DNA from: Desulfobacterales bacterium
GTDB lineage: Bacteria; Desulfobacterota; UBA8473
Reading direction: 5' to 3'
Assembly: GCA_016209225.1 (NCBI GenBank)
Contig: JACQWO010000025.1
Span: forward strand, 14,548-78,547
Length of the DNA: 64,000 nucleotides
The translations under genes and the position numbers were made by a program. The notes beneath the pieces were generated by a model that did no database searches, was not told where the DNA came from, and saw only the letters and a program-made list of their open reading frames with translations. The first letter of the stretch is position 1, and every line of letters starts with the position of its first letter. Positions 1-9,595 of this stretch are shown one piece after another.

Positions 1-203
1 CACATGGTACCATAATTCTCCGGATAGATTGGGAATACATCCATCGTATAGCAAACTTCAACAGGTGCTACAGACGAAAGCCATGCCACAGGCTTTTTTT
101 GCGCCTTTACCATAGCGGATTCCGTGTAGTAATCGGCCATCAGTTTACCCAATTTTTCAGCTGTCTTCAGCCTCTTCTTTTTTTCAGGTTTTTTATCGCT
201 CAT
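1..203 (-). CDS. 2-hydroxyacyl-CoA dehydratase family subunit, N-terminal part (runs off the window)
   Basis: Manual translation MSDKKPEKKKRLKTAEKLGKLMADYY...KPVAWLSSVAPVEVCYTMDVFPIYPENYGTM resembles HgdA/FldB-type N-termini; follows a paralogous subunit. Confidence 0.75.
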   Translation of the reverse strand, partial: MSDKKPEKKKRLKTAEKLGKLMADYYTESAMVKAQKKPVAWLSSVAPVEVCYTMDVFPIYPENYGTM

Positions 204-264
204 TTTATAATCCTTTCTTCTTTAAAAGGTTATAAGAGATTACCGTATCTCGTCAGTTAAATAC

Positions 265-1371
265 CTACCTCAACATCTCGATAAATGCTTGAACCCTGGT
301 CTTGAATTGTCCCTCTTCGCCCAACCTGTCTTCTGTTTCCAGGTACAGGAAGGGTATGTCGTTTTTCTGTAGGACATCCTTCATATATGGATATTCGAAC
401 AAATGGGTGTCACAGTACTTCTGTACGATAGAGATTACTCCCTCTACTCGGTGTTTTTTGACCTCTTCCAGTATCCTTTCCATCCTCTCCTCGGATGGAT
501 GTTTGCAGGGGCAGGCTATTCTCATCTGGTAACGGTCTGCCAAAGACCTTATAGGATCGGAAGCAGGCTCCACAAGATCCCAGAAATAACGGCTGCCAAT
601 GCAAAGGTCATCAGCAACAATGCTTCCACCTACCTCTTCTATCATTTTAAGTATATTTACATCCTCAAAGGTTGAACCAGAAACCAGAAAACGTACCTTC
701 CCATCCTTGGAAGACTTAGAAGAGATCAATTCACTCTTGAGAGAGGAAAGCATTTTATTGTATTCTTTTTTAGGTGTCACAAAACCGGCCCTGACAACAT
801 GATAGAAATCACTGCCAGATAAAGGAGAGTTGTCTTTTCCCCTTATCTCATAAAGTTCCTTAAGCAGCTTGCGGCTTTCATTATATGTTTCTATAGACTG
901 ATTTATCGAGTCATCGTCTATAGACTTCCCAATGAATTCCTCTAATTTCGATCGTAGAACCTTAAACTCCTCTATTAAACACTCCCTGGCCGCTTTAGTC
1001 CTTTTTGCCGGCGCACCAATGTAGCCAACAAAAGGAATCTCAATATTCCTTGACCATATCCCTGGCATATTCCTCATAATATCACAGGTCTTAGAGGTTA
1101 CCATTCCATCCAGATAGTTATAAGTGCCTTTCAGTCCCTGATCCAGGCAGCTTCTGCCAAACGCACATATGAAGCTCTGGAGATGTGAATCCGCGAGAGT
1201 AACTTTATCCAGCGAGCCCAATATCCTGACAGGTATAATGCCGGCAGCATCTATTAACTCCTCCGGGGCATAACCACAGAAATAACCGAAAATCCTTTTA
1301 CCTTCTTTCTTCCACCTTTTCGCCAACTCGTGACGTTTTGCGTATCGTTCTTGGAAATCTGCAATCATCAT
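265..1371 (-). CDS. 2-hydroxyacyl-CoA dehydratase subunit (HgdB/BcrC/BadD family)
   Basis: GYFCGYAPEELIDAAG, TCD, DDLCIGSR and KYCD motifs. Confidence 0.85.
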   Translation of the reverse strand: MMIADFQERYAKRHELAKRWKKEGKRIFGYFCGYAPEELIDAAGIIPVRILGSLDKVTLADSHLQSFICAFGRSCLDQGLKGTYNYLDGMVTSKTCDIMRNMPGIWSRNIEIPFVGYIGAPAKRTKAARECLIEEFKVLRSKLEEFIGKSIDDDSINQSIETYNESRKLLKELYEIRGKDNSPLSGSDFYHVVRAGFVTPKKEYNKMLSSLKSELISSKSSKDGKVRFLVSGSTFEDVNILKMIEEVGGSIVADDLCIGSRYFWDLVEPASDPIRSLADRYQMRIACPCKHPSEERMERILEEVKKHRVEGVISIVQKYCDTHLFEYPYMKDVLQKNDIPFLYLETEDRLGEEGQFKTRVQAFIEMLR

Positions 1372-1436
1372 GGTTCAGTCCTTTCTTCATAATTAATAAT
1401 TAACCCATAGAGTAGGGGTAGGCTTAAAACCTGCCC

Positions 1437-3299
1437 CTACGATGCAAACGACTCCTCAGCTATCTCGACTACACTCTTATCCCCTGATTTTATCGCCCTG
1501 ACCTTACTGATCACCGTAGGAAGAACCGTATTAGCATAGAACTTGGCAGCAGCGATCTTACCGCTGTAAAAAGCGGCATCTTTGTTGCCAGATATGAGTT
1601 TTCTTATGCTCTCCTGATCCAAAGCCCCCTCTTTTGCCATAATCTCCTTGAGTTTCTTATCTGCTATAGTTGCCTGCCAGAGTAGCATCCATCCAAGGGC
1701 AACCATGCCGAAGACTTCCAGATATGGGTACGCGTTGATAATGGGGATAATGAAATCCGGGCCTCTGGCGATCTGGCCAAAGTGCATGCTCACTTCTGCC
1801 AGTGAATTCTTGGCCTTTTCAAACCCCTCTATATAACTCTTGAGTGTTTCGTTTGATTTATTAGCTTCAATGAAACTATTCATGTCAGTCAAGAAATTCA
1901 TTAAGACGCCGCCTTTTTTCATCCCCAACTTCCTGGCCACGAGATCCAGCGCCTGGATACCATTTGCCCCTTCGTAGAGAGATGCAATCTTATTGTCCCT
2001 GAGGAGTTGCTCCACCGGATATTCGGAGCAGTAACCGTATCCACCGTACACCTGGATGGCCTCCTTTATTATATAAAAGGACATATCACTGAAGAATGCC
2101 TTGCACACAGGGGTAAACAGGGCTATGTAATCCGCGTATTTTTCCCTTTCGTTCTCATCTTTTGCCGTAACCTCTTTATCCTCACAATAGGCTATATAGT
2201 ATGCAAACGCCCTCATGCCTTCCACGTAACTCTTCATCCATAGAAGCATTCTTCGGACATCCGGATGATTGATTATGGGAACCTGGGGTGCGTTGGGGTC
2301 CTTCATGCTCATAATACTGGCCCCTTGAAGCCTCTCTTTTGCATAGGCAACGGCATTGAGGTATGCGGAGCTGGCCTGTCCCAAGGATTGGAGTCCCACT
2401 CCCAATCTGGCCTCGTTCATCATGTGGAACATGATCTTCATGCCTTCGTTCTCTCCCCCTAAAAGCTCACCGATGCATCTGCCATTGTCTCCAAAATTCA
2501 GGGTAGTCGTTGCCGAACCGTTAATCCCAAGCTTATGCTCTATACCGCTGCAGAAGACGTCATTGTCTTCACCAAGACTTCCATCTTCATTAACCCTGAT
2601 CTTTGGAACCAAAAACAGGGATATCCCTTTTGTTCCCGGGGGTGCCCCCTGAATCCTGGCGAGAACAGGATGTATTATGTTTTTCGTCAGATTATGTTCC
2701 CCTGCCGTGATAAAGGATTTGGTGCCCATTATAGTATACGTGCCATCTTCGTTCTTTTTTGCAATTGTCTTGGTAGCGCCCACATCGCTTCCTGCACCCG
2801 GCTCAGTAAGGCACATGGTGCCTGCCCATTCACCGGAATACATCCTCTCCATGTATTTCTTCTTCTGCTCTTCCGTACCATATATCTCTATGAGCTTGGC
2901 CGCTCCATGAGTAAGCATTGCATACCCTCCCAGTGCACCATTTGCCGCGGCACAGTATTCTTCTATCGGTGCAAATATGGTAAAAGGCAACCCCTGTCCG
3001 CCTATCTCAGGATCCTCGGTAGGGGTAATCCACCCTCCTTCTTTATAGAGTCTGAATGCCTCATGAAAACATTCAGGCACCGTCACCTTGCCATTTTCAT
3101 ACTTGCAGCCTTCCCTGTCCCCTTTTTCTCTTGTAGGCAGTAACACATTTACCGCCAGCTTCCTCGCCTCCTCAATAACCATATCAAAGTCCTGTTTTGT
3201 AAAATCCTTATATTTCTCAGTCTTACACAGATCCTCAACGCATAACTGTTCGTGCAATACAAACTCTACATCTCTCTCATCGACTAATAGATTTCCCAT
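1437..3299 (-). CDS. Acyl-CoA dehydrogenase (long form with C-terminal extension)
   Basis: MCLTEPGAGSDVG, QVYGGYGY, LYEGANGIQALDL. Confidence 0.93.
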   Translation of the reverse strand: MGNLLVDERDVEFVLHEQLCVEDLCKTEKYKDFTKQDFDMVIEEARKLAVNVLLPTREKGDREGCKYENGKVTVPECFHEAFRLYKEGGWITPTEDPEIGGQGLPFTIFAPIEEYCAAANGALGGYAMLTHGAAKLIEIYGTEEQKKKYMERMYSGEWAGTMCLTEPGAGSDVGATKTIAKKNEDGTYTIMGTKSFITAGEHNLTKNIIHPVLARIQGAPPGTKGISLFLVPKIRVNEDGSLGEDNDVFCSGIEHKLGINGSATTTLNFGDNGRCIGELLGGENEGMKIMFHMMNEARLGVGLQSLGQASSAYLNAVAYAKERLQGASIMSMKDPNAPQVPIINHPDVRRMLLWMKSYVEGMRAFAYYIAYCEDKEVTAKDENEREKYADYIALFTPVCKAFFSDMSFYIIKEAIQVYGGYGYCSEYPVEQLLRDNKIASLYEGANGIQALDLVARKLGMKKGGVLMNFLTDMNSFIEANKSNETLKSYIEGFEKAKNSLAEVSMHFGQIARGPDFIIPIINAYPYLEVFGMVALGWMLLWQATIADKKLKEIMAKEGALDQESIRKLISGNKDAAFYSGKIAAAKFYANTVLPTVISKVRAIKSGDKSVVEIAEESFAS

Positions 3300-3328
3300 T
3301 TGTAACCCCCTAATCCTTGTTTAAAAGT

Positions 3329-4432
3329 TTACAGGCTTCCAAGACGAATAAAATCCTCTGCTTGTAAAAAACTATATTCACTAATTCCTAAACCCTCTTC
3401 GATTAGATCCAGGACGACTCCTTTTTCTTCAGGGAGTTTATAACCATCATAGTCCTGTTTTAATAGATGGATAAGATTTCCAGTCCCTGTCCGATAAGCA
3501 GGGTTCCTGAAGTGGTCGAAACAAATCCTGCTGGTTACATCCAACCCCTCTACCATTATTTTCATCTCTTCCAGAATCTCATGGGGAGAAAGAAGCTCCA
3601 TTTTATTTTTTTCGTATTCATCCAGCATGGGTGTTCCAGGCAAAGGGGTAAAGGGTCTTGATCGTATGAAATCAGGATTTATCTCGTTTAACACATTTGC
3701 AGTATTCACGGCATGCTGTTTAGACATCGCCCTTCCACCCAGACCAGGCATTATATATTCTGAAAGTTCTATACCGGCTTCCATCATCTTTTTTCCTGCA
3801 AGGATATGTTCCTCTGCCGTTACCCCTTTCTTGATCTTCCATAATAATTCATCGTCTCCTGTCTCCAATCCTATATGCAATCTCGACAGACCTGCCTTGC
3901 CCAGTTGTTTTAGTTCCCCCGGTTTCTTTTTAAATATGGTCTTCGCCCTGGCATAAGAGGTTATCCTGTTCAGGGCAGGAAACTTCTCCTTTAAATATAC
4001 GATAATTTCAACCAATTGGGGAGTGGGAATTACAATAGAATCAGCATCCTGCAAAAACACCGTCCTTGCCCCAGAATGCAGCCAGTTAAATACATTGACA
4101 AAACTGTGATTGTTGTTGAGTTGGGGGATACTTCTTATAAGGGCGGCACCTACTGCATTGTTTATATCACCGGCATAGCCCAAATCCCAGGACAACTTTC
4201 TTGTCTCATCACTGATAGCGCTCACCGTATCGATATCGGCTTTAACATCATCTACGGACCTCTTCTTGAATTTCTCGTGATTATATGGTCTGCCATAGCA
4301 AAAGGCGCAGTGATTCCAGGGGCAATTCCTCGTAACCCTTATCAGCAAGGAATAGCTTCCACCTTCACTTGGTGGGCGTATGGGCCCCATCTCAAAGGAA
4401 AGTTCGTTAAGTTTGCTGTGATGAATTAGCAT
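3329..4432 (-). CDS. Radical SAM protein
   Basis: CPWNHCAFC (CxxxCxxC) and GPIRPPSE N-terminal motif. Confidence 0.9.
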   Translation of the reverse strand: MLIHHSKLNELSFEMGPIRPPSEGGSYSLLIRVTRNCPWNHCAFCYGRPYNHEKFKKRSVDDVKADIDTVSAISDETRKLSWDLGYAGDINNAVGAALIRSIPQLNNNHSFVNVFNWLHSGARTVFLQDADSIVIPTPQLVEIIVYLKEKFPALNRITSYARAKTIFKKKPGELKQLGKAGLSRLHIGLETGDDELLWKIKKGVTAEEHILAGKKMMEAGIELSEYIMPGLGGRAMSKQHAVNTANVLNEINPDFIRSRPFTPLPGTPMLDEYEKNKMELLSPHEILEEMKIMVEGLDVTSRICFDHFRNPAYRTGTGNLIHLLKQDYDGYKLPEEKGVVLDLIEEGLGISEYSFLQAEDFIRLGSL

Positions 4433-4468
4433 CTCCTATACCACCATTGACGAGATTTCCGAACCCTT

Positions 4469-4984
4469 TCAAAATTCCTCATCCATCATCTTCTTTGATG
4501 CCTCCTGGCCAATTATTCCATCGGCACTGCCGGTTAAGCTAAAGTAATCTCCAAACTTTTTATCTTGAGGCCATCCCACAAAACAATCAACCTTATCCCT
4601 ATCGGGGTTTACAAGCCACATCATAAAAGAGTGATCCTTAACTGTAAACCACCATTCTTCTTCCCTTATTAGGAATGCAAGGAAAAAATACTCGCTCACC
4701 GGAGGAAGTATCAAGGCATAATCTACCTTGCTGCCCAAAACACACTTAGCAGCGGCCAGCTCTCTGAATCCTTCTATTGCCTCGCTAATATCTTTCTTTA
4801 TCACCCCTATTACTTCGTGTTTCTTGTTCCCTTCTTTTCTCTCCACATGAATATCAGGCAAGGCAAAACCGATGTACTTAGTCTCCAAGATAGTATAGCC
4901 TACATACTTCAGAAAATCCTCTACCCCCTTCTTAATCTCTTCTTTTGTAAACCTCTCTTCTTTTTCCTCATACATATTCAACAT
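4469..4984 (-). CDS. Hypothetical protein (possible degenerate PD-(D/E)xK-like fold)
   Basis: 171-aa ORF with GGAGG RBS, co-oriented with neighbours; PDI...EVIG pattern is only suggestive. Confidence 0.6.
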   Translation of the reverse strand: MLNMYEEKEERFTKEEIKKGVEDFLKYVGYTILETKYIGFALPDIHVERKEGNKKHEVIGVIKKDISEAIEGFRELAAAKCVLGSKVDYALILPPVSEYFFLAFLIREEEWWFTVKDHSFMMWLVNPDRDKVDCFVGWPQDKKFGDYFSLTGSADGIIGQEASKKMMDEEF

Positions 4985-5058
4985 CCTCCCACAACTGTAT
5001 GAAATACAAATTATATCCAGTGTCTTTTATCTTATTTAAACTAACCTCGTCAGATAAG

Positions 5059-5229
5059 TCAAACAAAAAAATTTTTTTGTATTCCTAGTTTTTCAGGCGT
5101 TTCAAGGACGTGAGATATCGATTGGCCCAATAGGTCCAGAAGGTTAAGCTTTTTTTCGGTACGAGCTTTCGTGAAAGCAGATATTACTGAAAATCGGGAA
5201 GTGTTTGTAAAGGTAATGTTTTCTCTCAT
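5059..5229 (-). pseudogene. Probable N-terminal remnant of an integron integrase
   Basis: MRENITFTNTSRFSVISAFTKARTEKKLNLLD resembles IntI N-termini (..KPKLLD..) from memory; its upstream ~95 bp is homologous to the sequence beside the attI-like site at 51236-51336. Confidence 0.45.
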
Positions 5230-5254
5230 ATAAGCTCCTGCCTGCGACATAGGG

Positions 5255-5283
5255 ATTCTGCATAATATGATATTATGAACTAT
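5255..5283 (-). other. dif/XerCD-like site
   Basis: Minus strand AGTTCATAA-TATCATA-TTATGCAGAAT resembles dif arms (CATAA...TTATG); central spacer 7 bp rather than 6. Confidence 0.4.
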
Positions 5284-5319
5284 TTACGGCAGTTAAGAAG
5301 ATTTTTCTTCAAAAATTAT

Positions 5320-5681
5320 TGTTGTCAACAAATAGAATTGTCCGATTTTGTAGCAAATGAATTGTCCATTTTTTACTATTCCGGTAGAGCATTGTGAGAA
5401 ATGTTCTTAAGGTTCTTTTCTGGAATAGATGGCGAGCGGTGGACTTACGCTGCTTTTTCTTTTTTGGTATTTCTCAAGTTTCCTTGTGCATTATAGTCAG
5501 CCAACTTGCGCGGGCTATGAAAAACTGCGAGAGATCCATCCTCCATATGCCTCTTCAAATCTCATCTTCTGAACTTCCTGTTAATGTCTACTGTCCGTCT
5601 CATACATCATCCCCATTGGTGACCATTGTAAACCGGACAGTTTATGTGCTACAACACCGGACAGTTTACTTGCTTCTAATA
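5320..5681. mobile_element. Internally deleted IS relic with IS1202/IS481-like ends
   Basis: Left end TGTTGTCAACAAATAGAATTGTCCG..GAATTGTCC; right end has two ACCGGACAGTTTA repeats then CTTGCTTCTAATA; ends are imperfect inverted repeats with internal doublets. Confidence 0.55.
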
Positions 5682-5946
5682 CTATATGACAATTTATATC
5701 AATAAATAATATCATATGATATTACATTATATCCATCAAGAAGGTCTATGCTGACAAGGGATATTATTCAGGGGATCAAAGATCATTCCAGCAACATAAA
5801 CCAAGGGAGAGGTGTGCCTGGATAGCAAAACCAGGGTAAAACACCTCATAATAATCAACTTTAAGGCACAAAATGCTTCAAAAAAAGAGATTCCGATCAT
5901 ATTAAGATACGATTGACAGAAACAAACCCCTCTGATTTCTAAAAGT

Positions 5947-6159
5947 TTGATAGAAAACATGAACTTTAAACAGTTAAAGGAAAATTCAAAGGTCTCAGGG
6001 GGCATTGGATGCCCTCTAGATACTGACGTCTCTGTTGGTGATGTTTTGCAGGTTAGATTTGATATAGGGAAAACAAAGGTTGCACAAAAATGTAGAGTAA
6101 GGTGGATTAGGCTTAAATTTGATCAGATGGGCTTAGAATTGTTAGATTTGTCATGCTCA
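5947..6159 (+). pseudogene. Possible PilZ-domain fragment
   Basis: VSGGIGC...VGDVLQVRFDI...CRVRWIR...MGLELL resembles the PilZ barrel; RxxxR motif absent. Confidence 0.4.
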
Positions 6160-6948
6160 TTACCCTCCCTGAAACTTGGCTTTTCTCTTTTTCATAAAGG
6201 CAGCTACACCTTCCCTGTAATCCTCACTCTCAACACAACGGACAGCCAAAGTCCGAACCTTTTCCATGTTCCGCTGCGAGGGAGGTTTCAGAATCTCACG
6301 AATAGAGACCTTGTGGGCAGCTAGACTTAGAGGCACGTTTTTGGCCAGTTCAAGAGCATATTCTCTAGTGTAACTTTCCAGCTTGGCCTTGGGGATTATC
6401 CGATTGATAAGGCCCATGTGATAGGTTTCTTCGGAATTGTAGGTCCGAGCTGTAAGCAGAATCTCAGCAGCGTTGGCTGGACCAACGAGATGAACCAGTC
6501 TTTCTGCCCCTCGCTCCAGAGAATAGGCAATGCCCAGGTGGGCAGCAGGGATGCCGAACTTAGCATCATCCGCAGCCAGACGTATATCACACATCATGGC
6601 TACTGAGCACCCACCACCCATACAAAAGCCATGGATCATAACAATCACGGGCTTTTCCATCTGACTCAAGCTAACCAGCGCCCTCTCGGCGGCTTGGTCA
6701 TATTCACCGCATGAGACCCCAAATCGCACTTTTTCAAACCGGGATATGTCAGCCCCTGAGACAAACGCTTCCTCTCCCGCCCCCCGTATGAGAAGAACCC
6801 TCAGAGTGGTATTCTTCACCACCTCCTCGACTAGCTTGGGCAGGGCCTGCCACATCTCCAGGCTGACAGCATTACGCATCTTGGGTCTGTTAAAAACGGT
6901 CCATGCCAAAGGGGGTTCCTTCTGAAGGTAAATGGGTTGATCTATCAT
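6160..6948 (-). CDS. Enoyl-CoA hydratase/isomerase family protein
   Basis: AFVSGADIS, GFCMGGG, EDYREGVAAFMKKR. Confidence 0.9.
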   Translation of the reverse strand: MIDQPIYLQKEPPLAWTVFNRPKMRNAVSLEMWQALPKLVEEVVKNTTLRVLLIRGAGEEAFVSGADISRFEKVRFGVSCGEYDQAAERALVSLSQMEKPVIVMIHGFCMGGGCSVAMMCDIRLAADDAKFGIPAAHLGIAYSLERGAERLVHLVGPANAAEILLTARTYNSEETYHMGLINRIIPKAKLESYTREYALELAKNVPLSLAAHKVSIREILKPPSQRNMEKVRTLAVRCVESEDYREGVAAFMKKRKAKFQGG

Positions 6949-7245
6949 TACATCACTCCTTTAACAGATCGATACAAGTCTGATGGACTTTTTGCGAAGC
7001 CATAAAGTTTCGGTAAACAACCATTGTAACTTCTGCTATAACTTCAGAAAACATAATACTACTTTTATTGAAGATATGCCATCTATATGTCCCTTTGGTA
7101 ACATTGTCAATAATTGCTTGTAATTGCATGATAATTTGAGAACCGTTTCTACTACGTAACCTATTACGTCAAGAATAGGCAAAGCTCCTTTATTCGTTTG
7201 AAAGAGAGACAGCAGGGAGTCAGAGAGAATTACTAAAAAATTTTC

Positions 7246-8514
7246 TCATACACACTCCTTCATCTCCCACCCGCCATTTTTTCTAACCAGTAAAATCAAC
7301 AAAAGCCCAACAGCAGCCATAGCGGCACTAATCACGAAGGCATAATCATAGGTACCTGTCCTGTCCCGAAGTATACCGGTAACCCAGTGAACCAGGATGG
7401 CCCCCAGGCCATAAAAGGGCGTCCATGCCCCTATAACGGTACCCATCATTTTCCTTGGGAAATAGTCCCCTGCACAAGCCCCATAGATGGGAAATGTTGC
7501 TCCGTAAAAAATTGCCACCCCTCCCACAAGGGCATACAGCATTACCCATGAATCTCCGGTGAAGAGGATTCCCGACATAAAGGCAGCGATAAAGGAGTTG
7601 GAAATAATGATAGTCCTTTTTCGACCGACATAGTCGGACAGGGGTAAGATCGTTAAAACTCCTGCCACCTGACAAATACCGTGCACTGTTGCCAGAAAGC
7701 TTGCCTTTTCCAGAGACAGTCCAATCTGGTATTTAGCATAGTCCACCATAAAAGTAGTAAGGCCGTAGAGGCTGTAAGATATGCAAAAATAGGAGAACCC
7801 AATAAGCCAGAACCTGCTATCCTTTAAAACTATAGAGAGAGAACCGCCCCTGGATTGTGCCAACACGTCTATGGTGTTGACTTGGGATGTTTCCCTCTGT
7901 CCCCAGGGCAAGTGCCCGCAGTTCTCGGGGTCACTTCTAAGTAACAGACCGTTGATAATCACCATCACCAGCGCCCCGGCTCCTAAAAAATACCAGCCAT
8001 AACGCCAGTTGAAGTTGAGCACTATCCATGGAAAGGATACTCCCATGGTTGCGAACCCAAACCCGTATCCTGTGGAGAGTATGCCCAGAGCCAGCCCTCT
8101 GCGGTTTGGAGAGAACCATCGCTGAACTACGGTAATTACCGGTGTCCACATCCCCGTGGCACCAAGGCCGGCTATGGCGTAAAAGAGGCAGGCCTCCCAG
8201 AGGGTTTTTGCCGTTCCCATCAGGAGGACGCCAAGGCTGAGGATGAGACAGCAGGCTGTAATCACACGACGTGCTCCAAGTCTGTCGGTCAGATAACCGG
8301 TAAGGGGGGTCAGGGCGATATAGGAGAAGAGGTAGGAATTATAGATAGATCCGCCGGCAGTTCGATCGAAACCAAGAGTGCGAATCATCTCTGGAAGAAC
8401 AACTCCGTATCCGAGGCGGACAGAATAGTTGATAAAAAGATTGACAAAGCAGGTTGCCAGGATGATCCATGCCCAGTGAAAAGTTTCTCCTTTTTCTACA
8501 ACTTTTTTCAACAT
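7246..8514 (-). CDS. MFS transporter
   Basis: About 12 hydrophobic segments; motif A GYLTDRLGARR and LSDYVGRKR. Confidence 0.92.
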   Translation of the reverse strand: MLKKVVEKGETFHWAWIILATCFVNLFINYSVRLGYGVVLPEMIRTLGFDRTAGGSIYNSYLFSYIALTPLTGYLTDRLGARRVITACCLILSLGVLLMGTAKTLWEACLFYAIAGLGATGMWTPVITVVQRWFSPNRRGLALGILSTGYGFGFATMGVSFPWIVLNFNWRYGWYFLGAGALVMVIINGLLLRSDPENCGHLPWGQRETSQVNTIDVLAQSRGGSLSIVLKDSRFWLIGFSYFCISYSLYGLTTFMVDYAKYQIGLSLEKASFLATVHGICQVAGVLTILPLSDYVGRKRTIIISNSFIAAFMSGILFTGDSWVMLYALVGGVAIFYGATFPIYGACAGDYFPRKMMGTVIGAWTPFYGLGAILVHWVTGILRDRTGTYDYAFVISAAMAAVGLLLILLVRKNGGWEMKECV

Positions 8515-8825
8515 TTTATATTACCTGATTGGATAGTTGGCACATCTTAGAATTCAGAAGTCAGGAGTCAGAATCCAGATTGGTTAATTCGCTCCCAGGG
8601 GACTTCTTCAAAGCTCTCGGCAGGTTGTGCAAAGATCTCATTTTAAACAATATTACTGTGGAATTGAGTTTATCACAAGAAAAAAGGGAAGATGATCGGG
8701 AACATCGTTAAAAATATGATCTGAGATGAAAAAGAACTGGATTTAAGTTGATAATTAAGGTATAGATAACTGAGTAGTTAAATGATAGTCCTGAGTTTGC
8801 AAACCCAAATCAAGTGGGGGGTAAT

Positions 8826-9284
8826 TTGATTGATCTGGTAAAAAAATTTTTCGGGAAAAGCGCACAGGTTGATACTGGGAATCAAAAAAGAGAAAATTAT
8901 CATGATATCAGGGTGGCAACCTGTGCCATTCTCCTGGAGATGGCTAATATAGACGGTGAGTTTAGTGACGCAGAGCGAGAAGATATTATCTCTATTTTGA
9001 AAAAAGACTATCAATTGTCTGATGAATATACTGCCGAGCTTCTTGAAGCTTCAAATAAGGAGTTGAAACAGAGTATAGACCTATGGCAGTTTACAAACCT
9101 TATCAATCAGAATTATTCAACGGAGGAGAGAATCCATATTATTGAGATGATATGGAAGATTGTTTATGCCGATGGAAAGCTTGATAAACATGAGGATTAC
9201 TTAGTTCACAAACTTGCCAATCTGCTACGTCTTAACCACAAACAACTCATTGATGCCAAAGTAAAGATACCCCACATTGGTTAA
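8826..9284 (+). CDS. TerB-family protein
   Basis: ILLEMANIDGEFSDAERE and IVYADGKLDKHE; TTG start inferred. Confidence 0.85.
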   Translation: MIDLVKKFFGKSAQVDTGNQKRENYHDIRVATCAILLEMANIDGEFSDAEREDIISILKKDYQLSDEYTAELLEASNKELKQSIDLWQFTNLINQNYSTEERIHIIEMIWKIVYADGKLDKHEDYLVHKLANLLRLNHKQLIDAKVKIPHIG

Positions 9285-9361
9285 AATCTCCGAGAGCTAA
9301 GGCGGTGTGCCTAATATGATCAATCTGGTAAAAAAGTACCGTGAAACTATACCGTGACTTT

Positions 9362-9490
9362 TGAAATCCGAAGCACGAAATTTAAAACAAATTCAAATCC
9401 CAAAATTCTAATGTTCTAAACTGTGTTTTGAATTATGGTCATTCGATATTAGGATTTGTTTAGGATCTCGATATTTTATATTCGAATTTA
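9362..9490. repeat. AT-rich imperfect inverted repeat built from heptamer-like units
   Basis: CGAAAT/CAAAT/TCTAA units mirrored by TTCGATATT/ATTTG/TTCGAATTT. Confidence 0.45.
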
Positions 9491-9595
9491 TCAATTCTGA
9501 ATATCGAATAATAACTGTTATCGATTAATTGTAAGTATCTTACTGAAACGATATCCTAGAATGATAGATATAGACAAAGGAAAGGAGGAGGGGAG

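Noticed and set aside
1..1371. Benzoyl-CoA reductase
   Set aside because: Same family, but no ATPase subunits or aromatic pathway genes are visible in the window; left at family level
6980..7006. GATGGACTTTTTGCGAAGCCAT as a MITE end
   Set aside because: No partner end was found nearby, so it cannot be supported from this window
7148..7172. CTACTACGTAACCTATTACGTC as another copy of the Y1 inverted repeat
   Set aside because: Similarity is short and lacks the GGGG/CCCC terminus
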